The notes beneath the pieces were generated by a model, which made no database searches, was not told where the DNA came from, and saw only the letters and a program-made list of their open reading frames with translations. Positions 40,401 through 53,960 of a stretch of DNA of 64,000 nt are shown here, in pieces (positions within the stretch are counted from its first letter, which is position 1; each line of letters starts with the position of its first letter). The DNA comes from Camelus dromedarius (Eukaryota). A program made the position numbers and the translations under genes. The stretch lies in contig NC_087437.1 of NCBI RefSeq assembly GCF_036321535.1, positions 55,802,001-55,866,000 on the forward strand, in the 5' to 3' direction.

Positions 40401-43400
40401 GTCAACATCTGTGGGCGCGGCCCCAGGAAGAATGTGCCGCTCCCAGCCTGGGCTCAGGTAATTAATCCCCACAACTGACAGGTGGCAACAGGCGGCCCTT
40501 TGGCTGGGGCCATCAAGAAAAGTGCTTGGAGGAAGGATTTTTTTTTTAAACTATTAAGAACACAATTCATACATGTCTGGCAGCTAGACGACTGTGGCAG
40601 GAAGGGAGACGGGGAGGAGAAGTGAATACCAGGCCAGACAACTGTGGGGCCACTTTTGGGACATCCTCCTGCCTGATCCTGAGGAGAGATCCAGTAGGGC
40701 CTGTGTACACACTCACTCCGCAGATTTCCCTTCCTTTGAAGCAGATTCAGTCCTAAGTGGAACGCCTTCGTTGTGAATGAAGAAGTTGGAGCCCAAGAGG
40801 GGAAATGATTCGCCTAACACGATGCAGGAAGTCATTATGCAGGTGGAAGACCAGAGCCCTGCCCTCTTGACTTCTTGTCCTCAATTCTCTAGGTGCATTG
40901 TACACGTGCAGCTTAGAAATGGGGTGATAAAACTGTGGTCCAGTCACAGGAAGGATAAATAGTTGGCTGTTGAATGATCTTTTGGTTGTCCGCCTGACCT
41001 TTTAAAGTTGACTTCTCACAAGAGCACCCGTATCCCACCCCCAAACCACACGCCTGCGTTCACTCCCTCTGTGCGTTTTTGCTGTGCTGGTACGCCGTAC
41101 GTCAGAGCCGTCAGAGACTGTTAGCCTGATGTTTGTTTAGAGTACATTGACTTCACTAAAACCTTTGAAGTGACTCCTTTCTAATTATCAAAAAAATTTG
41201 AAGACGTTTTTCCTAGATATGAAGTATATGAGGTTTCTCGAGTGGGTTTATTGGTAGAGAACAAATCCGGAATGTAGCGTGTAGTCAGCCTGTACAGCTA
41301 CACGCGGTAAGATTAGTCAGTAGATTTTGTTAAGCTCCTCACACCAAAGCTGTGTCTAGGTCTTTCCATCTAAGACTCTTTCTGTATTTTAGGGGCTTGG
41401 ATATTTGTCGTTAACTTTCTAAAGCCTCTTGATCAAAAATTTTGTTTTGACCCTAATATTTTTATTTCCAAGTATCTCATTTACCCCCCTTAGCAATCTT
41501 TCCCCAACCAAGTCAGTTGCCAGAACTTAATTTTGCCCTCTCTGAATACCCCATCTGTTTTGTGTGATTTTCTTTCCTACCGATTCCAATTATTGATTTC
41601 ATCACCCTTCTTGCCTTCAGAAAAGGGCCTTTATAATTAGGCGTTTCCCAAGAATACAGTTTAGAATAGGAAAAACAAACAAACAAACAAACAAGTCCCT
41701 GAATAGCTTTGTCTCAATTAAGACAGGCTTTTTGTACTTGATGTTTGCTGAACGTGGGTGAGTGGAGCTGTGACAGCTTTTGAGCTTGCCCCCTTTTTTT
41801 TCTTGTCAAATATTTTAGGTCATTTAAGTTAGTACAGACCTCAGCTTTCACCTCATGTATTCTTTGAACCCTTTGGAAAAAAAGAACTATTAACTAGAAG
41901 TACACCTAGAATTTTCTGATAGTAAATAATGGTTGTCTTTTAGTGTATTTTATTATTTTTTCTTTATTTTAATCAACCCAAATTCATGCAGAAGGCCAGA
42001 AGTGTCGTTGATGTATTTAAGCATTGGCATAGGTTTAAACTCTTTTTTTTTAAGACCCAGCCATCCTCAGAGTAGGTAATTTTCCCAAAGTCTTGGTGGG
42101 CCTCAGCTGCATCTGGTTGTATATACTAAGGTTAACTCTGTAGTCTAATGGCCAGTAGGTCATAATGTACATAGTATGATATTAGAAAAAATTGAGCACA
42201 TTTCCTTTTAGCATGATAGCATGCCGGATGTGGATTTCTCTGGAAGCTGGCGTTGTAGCGTCAGTGACCATGACGCTGCCCTACACAGTTGCTTCCCTTG
42301 ATGACGGATTGAGCCGTATGGTGGGTTATATAATTGTTGAGTTTTATAGTCCATGGAAGTTTATTCTGTCCATTTTCTTGGAGAATTGTGGGTTAAAAGT
42401 AGCCTTGCGACTGGGATTTTTCACAGCCAGGCATTTCTTCTGGGGCAGGTTGAAGGTTTTTTTTTTGTTTTGTTGTGTTTTGTTTGGTGGAGGGGGGAGG
42501 AAGGGTCTTTGCTGCACCTTTAGGAAAGAGAGCTGTTAAAAAATTATGCAGGTGTGGGCTGATACTAACTGGCATCTCTGCGCATTGTGGTACTGAATTA
42601 CCAGTCTGGCAGCCAAGAGCGGGTAGTATAGCATGTCAACTGAGGCAGGTGGTGACGGTGGGTTGTAGTTCCTGAAATGCCTTTTCTCCCCCTTCTCTTT
42701 GCAACATATTATTAGTAAAGGAGCTGAATTTACTCGTGTTTTCCAAAATCCCCTGGAGTTATTTTATCTGAACATGATATTTGGCTTTGAGCGGCTCACT
42801 CTTCAATACGCCAAACCTCTTCCCCTCCCTTCCAAAACAAAACAAAACTAAGGCAAAGCTTGCTTTTGCATTTTTGTTAGGGACACTGTATGGAAAGAAA
42901 GAATTTAGTTCATTTGTTTGTTTTGAGGCACTTTTGTTCCATACCACTGTAGACATACATACTTTTTTCGTGTGGATGTTCAAGACTGCATAAGAGGAAA
43001 TTTGGTTGAGGCCCACCAAAAGTCGTGTCTCTTCATTCTTGCTTGTAGGCTAGTACTTCCCAGGAATAAACACGTTCTTGAGTGTGCATCCATACATGTA
43101 AATACAAACATTGACTCCTACTCTTTATATATTTCTGATCAGGAATCAGAAAGCTTGTCAACACTTTGTTTTCCACATTCTTTTTAAAGAGTTATGCTGC
43201 CAGGTGAACCTGGTAATTGGTTTCTGTAACAGATTGGACCTGATCAGGAAATATTCAAAACAGAAGAAGCATCATAGATCATCTAATGGAGCGTCCTCAT
43301 TTCCTGCCCGTGGGTGATTGTCTCAGGGTTCAGGGAGATCATAGGAGTTGCCTGAAATCCCTCAGTGAGTGTCAGAAGTCCATGATTTCTTTTGAGAGGT

Positions 43401-45142
43401 CAGTTACTTCCATCTTTGGGAGTAAATTTTTTTACGTTTGCTTTCTTTTCTTTTTTTTTTTTCCCTCTGTCACAGTATTTCATTTTCTAATATCATATTA
43501 AGATGTGCATAATTTAAAGAGCCACAGGTTCATTTGCAGTCTTACCTAAGTATGTAAAAAGGCTAGTACAGGCCACTGCTGACTTATCAAACCTAGGACT
43601 TAATGGAGTAGAATTGGCACAAGAAACAAACAAACAAACAAACAAAACTGGTGGGCATTTCATGGTTTTTGTTTTTTGCTTGTTTGTTTTTTGTTCAAGA
43701 TCTTGTTCTGAGAATATGGTTACAAATTAGGGAAGAAAAATCTTAATTTCTAGACAAATGTATTTACTAAACTAAAAAGGATGTGATATTGGGTCAAAAA
43801 AGTAATATAGAATATCCTTATAATTCTGTAGGAAATTGGTGATCATATTTCATATTTTAAATGACCTCTAAACTTTATACTTATTTTTCTAATTGTGTTG
43901 TGTTTATATAAATTCGTACTGCTACCAAATACACACTGGCATCTGGCCTCTCCTTTGGCCCCACACAATGAGCACGAAGACCACATGCTACACGGGGAGG
44001 AACACTGGTCTGTAGGTCAAGATGGTCCTTATTGCTGAGTGTTTTTGAAAAAGTCTCGTTTCCTCTCTGGAATCAGTTCCTCTTGGATCCCTCCTCTCTA
44101 GCTGAAGTGGCTGAATCAACCGAGCTTTTTTAATCTAACTTTCTAAGAAAAGCTTTGTATCGTCTACCAAAAAACCTTCAAACAAGTGACTTAATAATAG
44201 AAGCATAGAACCAAGTCCTTGGCTTAAAATGTCAATTTGGTTTTCTATGGAAACTCAGTCATTGGAGTAAAATAAAGTTATAAAAATATTCACTTTTCAG
44301 AAGGAAGGAAATCTGAATTTATCCCTGCATTGCCTAGATTTAGTTATGTAACCATTAGAAGTCGTTTTTTTCAGGGATGCCCTCCTGACCCTCCAAACTA
44401 AGTAGAACCCTATGTGCCCTGTTTCCCTCTGCCTTTTCTTTAGACCATATATCTCAATTGTAGAAATAGTTTATTCAATGTCAGTGCTTCCTTTAAACCA
44501 CCTCCTTTAGGATAAGGAACTCTTTCAAAAGATGTGGGACCTAGGACTGAACCTGGCATAAGCAAGTGCTTGATAAATATTTGTTGAATTAGTGGACCAA
44601 CTTCACCTCATTAAGCCCAAGTTTTGTATCTGAAAATTGAAGGGAGAGGAAGGCTTAGACAAGACATGCTTAATGTTCCTTCTGGGTTCTGATATCTTAT
44701 TTCTATACTGTGTCTTCTAACATCATCAGTCTGCAACAATTTTATAGGTTGGTGCTGCCAGTGCTAAATTTATTTATGAAAATTTTTAATTAGGAAATAT
44801 TTCAAGCATACAAAAAAGTAAGTAAATTTAGACACCTGAGTATCTACCAAAATATTAAAAATGTTTCCATATTCCTTCAAATCTTTTTTGTTAAAACAAA
44901 ATGTAACAGGTAAAGCAAAAGATCTCCTTCCGTTCTATTTCAGTCCCTTCTCTCCTTCCAACTATTAGAAGGAAATATTTCTATATGTAAGAACATGAAT
45001 AGATCTTGAAAACATGGGAAGCAGAAATAGCAGACCACTGAGATTAAATTTTGTGCAGTGTAGTTTAAGTCAATATTAAGGACCCATAAAATTATACAAC
45101 ATAGATTTCAATACATACTTCAATAAAAAAGAACATGAAAAC

Positions 45143-45235
45143 AAATATATGTAAGCACATGTATGACTGAAACATGAGGTTGTACACCAGAAATTGACAC
45201 AACATTGTAAACGGGCTATACTTCAATTAAAAAAA
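45143..45235 (+). mobile_element. Short L1 3' terminus
   Basis: 'tgtacaccagaaattgacacaacattgtaaacgggctatacttcaattaaaaaaa'. Confidence 0.8.
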
Positions 45236-46139
45236 TGAAGCAAAATAATGTGTGGAAGCAGGTAAACTAAATCCATTATTTTTTAAATAAATAACTCATA
45301 GTTTAGAACTTAGTGATTACCAGCAGATAAATATGAACTGTGTGATTCATTGTAAATGGTTAATCTTTTAGCAGACTTTTATTATCTGGCAACAACCACT
45401 TCCTGAGCAGGTTGAAATAAAAATGTTTTCACAGTGTTCCCAGAATTGCTTAAGCTACATTAAGCACTTTATATGGAGAATCTTAGAAATAGGAGCAACT
45501 TTAGTAATAATCATAGCACATGCCTTTTACATCAGTCTTTGCAGCTGATAAGGGCTTCTCATAGCCCTGACTTTTTCCTGCATTTGAAGAGCTGTATATT
45601 GTATGTTACTTGTGAGGGGTGAAGTAACTGCATAAAGACTCAAGGGAAAAATAGAAGAGGCAGAATTTAAATCTTGTCTTTTGACACCCCCAGTCCAGTA
45701 AATGTTGCTCCCCATCGTGGGTGTTGGATAAACGTCCTTTTCCAAACTCTTGGCTTTGAGAATTAAGCCCTTTCCTTTTTCACAACAAAATTAGCCTATT
45801 AATTCCAGTGTTACCTCACATTATTTTATTTATTTTTTGCCCAAAATTAAGACCAATTATTTTTTTCTTTTCTCTACTTGTTGACGAGTCGGTTGACTAA
45901 GCCACATCTCATTTGGCTACTGAATATTGGGAGCCCTGTGTTAAAACTAACTCTTATTCATTCTGCTTTGATTTTAGAAAAGGGGTAAGAAAAATCACAT
46001 ATTCGTTTTTGCAAGCATCTTTTGTTCTAATGAGGAATAGTTCTTGATCGGTTTTGGTCCTTCCATGTGTATCTTTCGTGATGCAAACTAGAAGATGGAG
46101 TTTTAGTAAGTTTGAGACTTTTCTTTCATCTCTCCACTT

Positions 46140-47420
46140 TTTCATTCATTCCTACTGCTCTAGTTTAGACCCTCCTCATTTCTTCCCTGAATAGGTCCTG
46201 ATGGATCTCCCTTCTTCCTACTTGGCTCCAACCTTGCTTCTACCAGCTTTGTTTTCCTTAATACTTAGAAACTGGTTAGGTCTTTCCCCTGCTTTACAGT
46301 CCTCAGTGGCTCTGCTTTGCCTGCTGGTAGTCTGCCTGTTCCTGTGGCACCCAGGACCCCTCTGAATCTGGGAGCTGCCTCCCTCGCTTGGCCTCATTGC
46401 TTTCCTCTCTGCCTCTTCTCCTCCTTCCCCCAGCCCATCTCTATTTCAACCATATTAATGTCTCTTTGCTCATACTCATGGTGCTCTCTCTTCATAGTCC
46501 CTGCTCTCTGCTTCTTGGCTCTTCCTTCCTCCTATTCTTGAGGGCACCATCTAGTTGGTGAATAACTTGTCTTTTTAAGGCTGAGTCATGACCCCTGTGA
46601 AACCTTTCTTCTCTCCTTTAGTGGAACACATTTACTTTTCTCTTTTTTATCTCCAACCAATCCATCAGCAAATCTGGTTAAAATACATCTGGAAACCTAC
46701 TGCTTCTCACCAGTTCCCTGCTGGTCTAAGCCACTCTCATATTTTTTTTTACATGGATTAGTTGCAGTAGCTTTCTTGCCTGTCTCCCTGCTTCCATCTT
46801 TGATCTACAGAGATTATTCTTCACAGAGCAGCCAGTATCTTATTAAAATGTCAATCAGATCACACCATCTTCTCAGGCCTCTCCAGTGGCTTACTGTCTC
46901 ACCTCACATCAAGGAAAACTGAAGTGTTTACTCTGGCCTAAAAACCTTGCATGATCTGGGCCCCAACTTCTCTCAAATTTCCAATCTCACCCCTACCACT
47001 GTAACTTATGTTCACTGCTCTCCAGTGACACTGGCCTTCGTGACAAACATAGTCACCCCAGGACCTTAGCACTCACTATCTCTAATAATTGGAGTATTAT
47101 TTCCCCAGGTGTGCATGGCTAACTCCAGTGCTTCCTTCAGGTCTTTCTTTAAATATCAACTTACCAAAATATCCTTTGCTGACAACTCTAGATAAAATAA
47201 TATCCTCCTCACATAACACTCCCCAACTCCTGGCTCTTACGCTCTATCTCCTTTCAGTTTACCCTGATTTTCTTTTCTTTATAGCACTTTTCAATATCTG
47301 ACCTAGTATTCACTTGTTTATCCCAGAATGTTAGCACCTTTAGGACTTGGCCTTTGCTTTTGTTCACTGCTGAATTTCCACACCAAAAGCAGTCTTGAAT
47401 ATAGCATTTTCTGAACAAAT
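46140..47420 (+). mobile_element. L2 LINE fragments
   Basis: 'caatccatcagcaaatc', 'cacagagcagccag', 'ccttgcatgatctggg', 'tgttcactgctgaattt' are typical L2 3'-region motifs. Confidence 0.75.
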
Positions 47421-48080
47421 ATCATATTTATTAACTAGTAGTTAGTTGCTCTATCCTCTGTAATCCCAACACTTTGTATATACTCTGCCATACCCAGTAT
47501 ATTTATGCTGTTTGTGTTTCACTCTGCCTCTAAACTGTGAGCACCTTGAGGGTAAGGAATGAGTAATTTTTTCATCCAATTTATTTTACATTTTAAGAGC
47601 TATCCTATGCAGTGAGGATACATAAGTTCCTGAATCTGAGGGTTTTTTAAATCTTATGTCTCTCTGTTCTTAGTACAGACTAGAGTACCTAGCATAATGT
47701 AGCATGTACTCAGTAAATGTTTGTTTGATAATTATTGAATGATGTGCAAATGAGGAGATAAATAGACCTCATTTCTAGTTTGCAATGACAGCTGATTAGC
47801 ATATTCTAATATAGTCAACTTTTTATTTTCCACTACAATATTATGAATTCCAGAAAAGTGCTTAAGTAATTGGACACTCAAGCTATTGACAAAATCCTGT
47901 AGCAAATGTGTTGCTTAAAAGGTATGAAACTGAATTGAAAAATGTCAAAGAGACAAAAGGATGCAAATATTAGCTCTTGCTATATCTTAACTATATTTGT
48001 GGAAAACAACAAAAGCAAATTAGGGGCTTCCATTAAAAAAAAAGGAAAACTAAGTATAAGGGAACATGATTTTTAAAAAA

Positions 48081-48817
48081 ATTTTTATTGAATTATAGTC
48101 AGTTACAATGTGTCAATTTCTGGTGTACAGTATAGTGTCTCAGTCATATATATATATATACACACATATATTCATTTTCATATTCTTTTTCATTAAAGGT
48201 TATTACAACATATTGAATATAGTTCCCTGTGCTATACTGAAGGAATTTATTTTTTATCTATTTTTTATATATAGTGGTTAATATTTGCAAATCTCAAACT
48301 CCCAAATTTATCCCTTCCTATCCCCGTTCCCCCAGTAACCATAAGATTGGTTACTATGTTGGGGAGTCTGTTTCTGTTTTGTAGATGAGTTCATTAGTGC
48401 CTTCTTTTTCTCTTCTTTTCAGATTCCACATATAAGTAATATCACATGGTATTTTTCTTTCTCTTTCTAGCTTACTTCACTTAGAATGACAACCTCCCAG
48501 TCCATCCATGTTGCCACAAATGACATTATTTTAATCTTTTTTATGGTTGAGTAGTATTCCATTGTATAATTATACCACAATTTCTTTATTCAGTCATCTG
48601 TCAGTGGACATTTAGGTTGCTTCCATGTGTTGGTTATTGTATGTAGTGCTGCTGTGAACATTGGGGTGCATATCTTTTCAAATTAGAGTTACCTCTGGGT
48701 AGATGCCCAGGAGTGGGATTGCTGGATCATATGGTAAGTCTATTTTTAGCTTTTTAAGGAATCTCCATATTGTTTTCCATAATGGCTGCCCCAAACTACA
48801 TTCCCACCAACAGTGTT
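48081..48817 (-). mobile_element. L1 3' portion (ORF2 C-terminus plus 3' UTR), same subfamily as the copy at 36672
   Basis: Colinear with 36677-37250 and extends further ('ggagtgggattgctggatcatatggtaag', 'cattcccaccaacagtg'). Confidence 0.92.
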
Positions 48818-48917
48818 GAAGGAGGAAACATTTTAAAGAACCAAAGGAAGAAAAAGCATCTCAAACAACTGAAAAGAATGTCTAAAAGTTTGCTTTAGTA
48901 TAGAGCAATAAAACATA

Positions 48918-48963
48918 ACCAGAAATGGAGACATTGTAACTGACTACACTTCAATTAAAAAAA
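48918..48963 (+). mobile_element. Minimal L1 3' terminus of about 45 bp
   Basis: 'accagaaatggagacattgtaactgactacacttcaattaaaaaaa', the reverse complement of the terminus at 48081-48125. Confidence 0.7.
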
Positions 48964-49837
48964 TATATATAAGCACTATAAATAAGTTGGAGAAGAAAAC
49001 AGTAAACCTAGAACAGCAGGTTCGGATGAAAAGATGACTGGATAAGGTAAAAAGGGAGATGAGATAAGGAAGGTCATTTGAAATGCAATAGAAGAATTTC
49101 AGTCATTTAGTTGAATAGAACAGTGTTAATTCTAAAAAGCAATACTCATGGTAGGGAAAACAAATCTGAGCCTTCACAGCAGGTAAATAATAGAAAAAGG
49201 TGTTAACAATTAGTGTTTGAGTATATAAGATGTATAGTGGATGGAGAAGGGATATCCAAAGCAAGACTTACATGTTCCTAAAAATTAATAAGAGAATAAG
49301 GATCGAAAACACAAGAAAAAAAAAAAAGAAAAGAGAAAATTTTTTGAGTTGAGGTCAAGCACGTAAGTTGAAAGAGGTCACTAATTTCCAAGTTATTTCA
49401 AGAAGAAAAGAGGACACATTTCGAACAGTTTCACTTAAAAAAAAATAAAAAAATAAAGAGGGAAACAAAATCCTGCAAGGATCTAGAGATAAATAAGAAG
49501 CTTACTTAATTTAAAGGAAGAAAATTCAAATCAACCTCAGACTTCTCTACAACACTAATTTATGCATTGACTCAATTATCCAGTTTCAAGAGATTCAGCT
49601 AAGAAAAATTTATATACTAAAGATTTGTATACTAAAATGTGCTCTACAGTGTTAACATTTTTACACTGGAGTAAAATTTATACCATATAAGAAAGGCACG
49701 TTTAAATTAATCATGGTATATCCCTTTTTAATACTATAAATGCAACTACTTAAATTATATTTTTAAATTAGAAGATACTTATCATATGTTTAAAAAAAAG
49801 ATATCAAATTTTTTGTGATATGCCCCAGTTTGTAGAA

Positions 49838-49872
49838 GTGTGTGTGTGTGTGTGTGTGTGTGCGTGTGTGTG
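49838..49872. repeat. (TG)n microsatellite
   Basis: About 17 TG units with one CG interruption. Confidence 0.95.
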
Positions 49873-50049
49873 TAAGAAAAAGTCTAAAACGTCATGGAAC
49901 TGTGTCTCTGGGAAGGAGGAATATGTATCTATTTTCTTCTTTCCATAATATTGGACACTGAAGACTAATAGAACCACTCCCCTCAAAGAAATGCTTCATA
50001 TGTTCCTCAATATTAAGAATTAGATACATCAAAATGTTGCGTATATATC

Positions 50050-52515
50050 TAAAGGAGTGCTTAAAGGGAACTTTGTAGAATTAAATGCCTATATTAGAAA
50101 AATTAAGTCTAAAATCCCCTGATCTAAGATACCAATGTAAAGAAGACTGTGAAGAAGAAAAAGAAAGCAGTAGCAAATTGAACCATAGTTCACTTCTTGT
50201 GGTTAGGCAAGAATAAAAATTAGAAGTCACGCATATTGGAAAAGAAGAAGTAAAACTGGCTTTTCTTGCAGTTGACATGATTATATTGATGTAGCAAATT
50301 ATATCTACAAAAAACTACTAGAAGTAATAAGTTTAGCAAGATCATAGGATATGATCAATATATAAAAATCAATCATGTTATATGTACGAGAAGAATACAA
50401 TTAGAAATGTGTAATTTTAAAGTATCATTTACAAGAATGAAAAACACTGAAGGAGCAATCTAACAAATTTGTACAAGATTTGCACACTGAAAACTATAAA
50501 ATATTCCTGCGAAAAGCTAAAGATGACCTAATTAAGTGGTGATATATATCATGTTCATGGATTAGAAGACACAGCATTACTAAGATATCAATTCTCTTCA
50601 GAATGACCGATACATTCAACAAAATCTCATCTAAGATTCTACCAGGCGTTTTTGTGGAAACTGACAAATTGCTTGTAAATATTATATAGAAAGTCAAAGG
50701 ACCTAGAATAGCTAAAACACTTGAAAAAGAGGAACAAAATTAGAGGACTCATTTTGATTTTAAGAATTGCTATAAAGTTAGAATAATCCAAACAGCGTGA
50801 TACTGGTGTAGAAATGGATCAGTAGAAGAGAAGGCAGTGTCCAGATAAAAAGACTTGAACACATACAGTCAATTAATTTTCAAAAAAGTTGCCAAGGCAA
50901 TTCAATAAAGGGAAATTATAAAGATACAGCAAATGGTGCTGGAAGAATTGACTATCTGTTTAAAAAAAAAAAAAAGAGGAGAAGGAAGAGGAGGGAGAGA
51001 AACAAGAGAAAGGTGACTGAAAGTAAATACAGGACTGAATGCAAGAGCTAAGATTATAAATCTTCTGCAAGAAAACATAGGAGGCCCTTCTAACAGTAGG
51101 TTAGACCAAGATTTCTTAAGATACAAAAAGCATGAGCCTTAAAAGCAAAATATTGATACTTTTTTTAATTAACTGTTTTGAAAAATACAGAAAGTGGGGT
51201 AAAAAAGGCAAGCTATAGCCTGCGAGGAAATATATTTTTAAAATTTAAATAAAAGACTTGTATCCAAAATACATAAAGAACTATTTTAACTCAAATTATG
51301 AACACAAGCAGCCCAGTTAAAAAATGAAAATTTTAAAAGTATGAAAGATTTGAACAGACACGTCAAAAAAGAATAGTAAATAAGCATATAAAAATAATAT
51401 AAAATGCATATAAATCTATTTATATTCTAACTTTTTATTATGTAAAATATAAGTGAAGAATGTATGTATATGAAAAGATACTCAACGTCATTAATCATCA
51501 GGGAATGCTAATTTAAACCACAATGAGAACCGCCATGTATCTGCTACAGTGTCATTGAAATTGAGAATACCAAGTGCTGGCAAGGATATGAAACCCTCAT
51601 ATATTGCTGGTGGGCCTGTAAAGCAGGGCAGCTTCTTTGTAAAACAGTTCGGTAGTTTCTTATGAAGTTAAGCATACCCCTACTCAGCAATCACACTTCC
51701 AGGTGCTTATCCAACATATGTCCTAAGATTTGTAAATGAATGTTCATAATACAGTTGTCCCTCCATATCCATGGGGCACTGGTTCCAGGACCCCTGATGA
51801 ATACCAAAATCCATAGATGCTCAAATCCCTTTTATAAAATGGTACAGTATTCGCACTTAACCTACATGCATCCTCATCTATACTTTAAATCACTTCTAGA
51901 TTACATATAATGCTTAATACAATGTAAATACTATATAAATAGTTGCTGGCATGGCCAATCCTTGTGCTTTTTGGAACTTTTTGGAAAAGTTTTTCCGTAT
52001 ATATTTTCAATCCGTGCTTGGTTGAATCTGTCAATGTGGAACCCACAGATATGGAAAGCAACTGTAGTTTTATTTACAGAAAGTAAATATAACCTGGAAA
52101 TAATTGATGAATTGATAAATAATGGAATTCCATGAAATAATAAAATGGAATGCTGACATGTGCAGAAACATAGGTGAATCTCAAAAGCGTTACGCTAAGT
52201 GAAAGAATCCAGATACGTGACTGTACTGTATTATTCCCTTTCTGTAAAATTCTATAAAGGCAAAAGTGTAATGAGAGAAAGCAGGTACATGACTGCCTGA
52301 GAAGGGACTGGGGAGAGGATTAACTGCAAAGGGGAAAAAGGTATTTCTGAAGAGTGGTGGTGTCTGGGGGAAGGCCAAGGAGGGGATGGAAATAGTGTGT
52401 ATCTTATTTGTGATAATAGTTAGACAACAGTATACATTTGTCAAAAGTCATCAATGTGTACACTTAAAAATTGGTGTATTTTGTAGTAAATTACGCTTCA
52501 AAGCTGATTAATGCA
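50050..52515 (+). mobile_element. Old, degenerate L1M (ORF2 remnants plus 3' end), interrupted by a MER2-type element
   Basis: RT-domain remnant 'ggaaaagaagaagtaaaactgg...gcagttgacatgatt' (GKEEVKL, decayed FADD motif) near 50240-50282, 'catgttcatggattagaagac', 'gcaaatggtgctgg'; many stops and frameshifts. Confidence 0.85.
51752..52064 (+). mobile_element. MER2/MER2B-like Tigger-family MITE
   Basis: TIRs CAGTTG...CAACTG flanked by TA at 51750-51751 and 52065-52066; body 'tggttccaggacccc...ataccaaaatcca..gatgctcaa'. Confidence 0.9.
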
Positions 52516-53625
52516 AAACAAAATCTATATACCCAAAAGAAAAAATTAGTCTTTAGATTTACAGAATCTCAAGTCAATGTTTGGGAGGCAAATTTTAGAA
52601 ATCCCGGAGAGAAAGAGGGAGCCATTAAAAGAAGTCCAGTGTGTTCCAGTTTGCAGACTCTGCTGAATTGAATCACCAGGGTATTTTAAAATCTTGGCAT
52701 AAATCAGATTCCCATTTTTGGTGATCTTGCAGAAGCATGGAAAATTGGTGAAGATAATAGGGGCTATTTAGTGGGGGATAAGGAAAGAGGGCAAGTCTCT
52801 AAGGAATTATGAATACGCTGTAGGCCAGGAAGACTGAATTTAGCACTAGGAAAATATTAAACGTCATCACAGAAACAGTTTGCAAACAATGAAGGAAATA
52901 GAAAAGCAGAAGCTTGGCTTTGTAAAGAAGCAACCGCGCCAGACCACTTCAGCCCCCTAATGAACTGAACAGCAGGTCTGTCTGGCAGTTTAACCAGAAG
53001 CAACAATTGGAATGCATCTTGGCCCTGGACAGATATTTAGATTTAGTCAATAGTAAACCCTCATCACTAAAATTGGAAAATACGGTCTGCAGTCCTAGAT
53101 GCAGGCCTAGCTGAGGAATGATAGCTAAATTGCCCTGGAATGGTGCAGAGAACAGAGGAAAACTATGTTTGAATCATGGGTGATGAGTATACGGTGTGTC
53201 TGAGGCATTAAGAAGTTGGCATGGGCTGGGAAGCATGTGTGTTTGGAGAGCGAGGAGAGGGAATGAATCAAAGATGGAGCCAGAACACAAAGGGCCTTAA
53301 TGAACCATGTGGAAGGGCAGGACCCCATTCATGAAGTCCCCAGAGGAATTGTTGATGGTAAGTAGGTCACTTTTGAGCTCTGTTTTCATATAGAGAAGAT
53401 TGTATGTATATCTTTTAGTTGATTCATAAATAGCCATACAGCTGGGAGTTAGAAAAAAAATTAAAAAGTACACAAATTTGCCCTGCTGAGCCAAGAGAAT
53501 GGGAGAAGATGGACTATGGTTACAGGACGAGAGTAACTATATTTGTTGCTACCCATCTCTTCTCTGTGACCTTGGGCAAGTCCTCTCTCTGACTTTTTCT
53601 TATCTATAAAATGGGGATAATAATA

Positions 53626-53960
53626 CTGATCCACTATCTGTTATCTGCAATTCTGAAATTCAAAGAACTCTAAAAACCAAAAGTTGCTTTGGTTTTGTTT
53701 GAATTTCATAAGTGGTGGCAAACTCAGGTGATGGTGAAACATGGCCTGAACACTGAGGCTTTCTAGCCCTTTCCCACTTGGTGTAAATATTCATGAATGC
53801 TGAAGAAATAGTAAGGTTTGATTATGGAGTGCTCCCCTACATCCCGCTGGAGGGGTTTATAACATAGGCTGCATGAACTCTGCTCCCTTTCTAAAATCTG
53901 AACAGTTCTGGATTCTGAAACATCTGGCCACAGGGGCTTTAGATAAGAGATTGTGTATCT
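53626..53960 (-). mobile_element. MER96B-like DNA transposon nested in a MIR
   Basis: Ends 'gatccactatctgttatctg' / 'gataagagattgtgtatctg'; the MIR core 'tgaccttgggcaag...aaaatggggataataata' resumes as 'cctcatagg...gaagattaaat'. Confidence 0.7.

Noticed and set aside
41277..41305. 8-bp stem GCGTGTAG/CTACACGC with 13-nt loop
   Set aside because: Too short to distinguish from chance.
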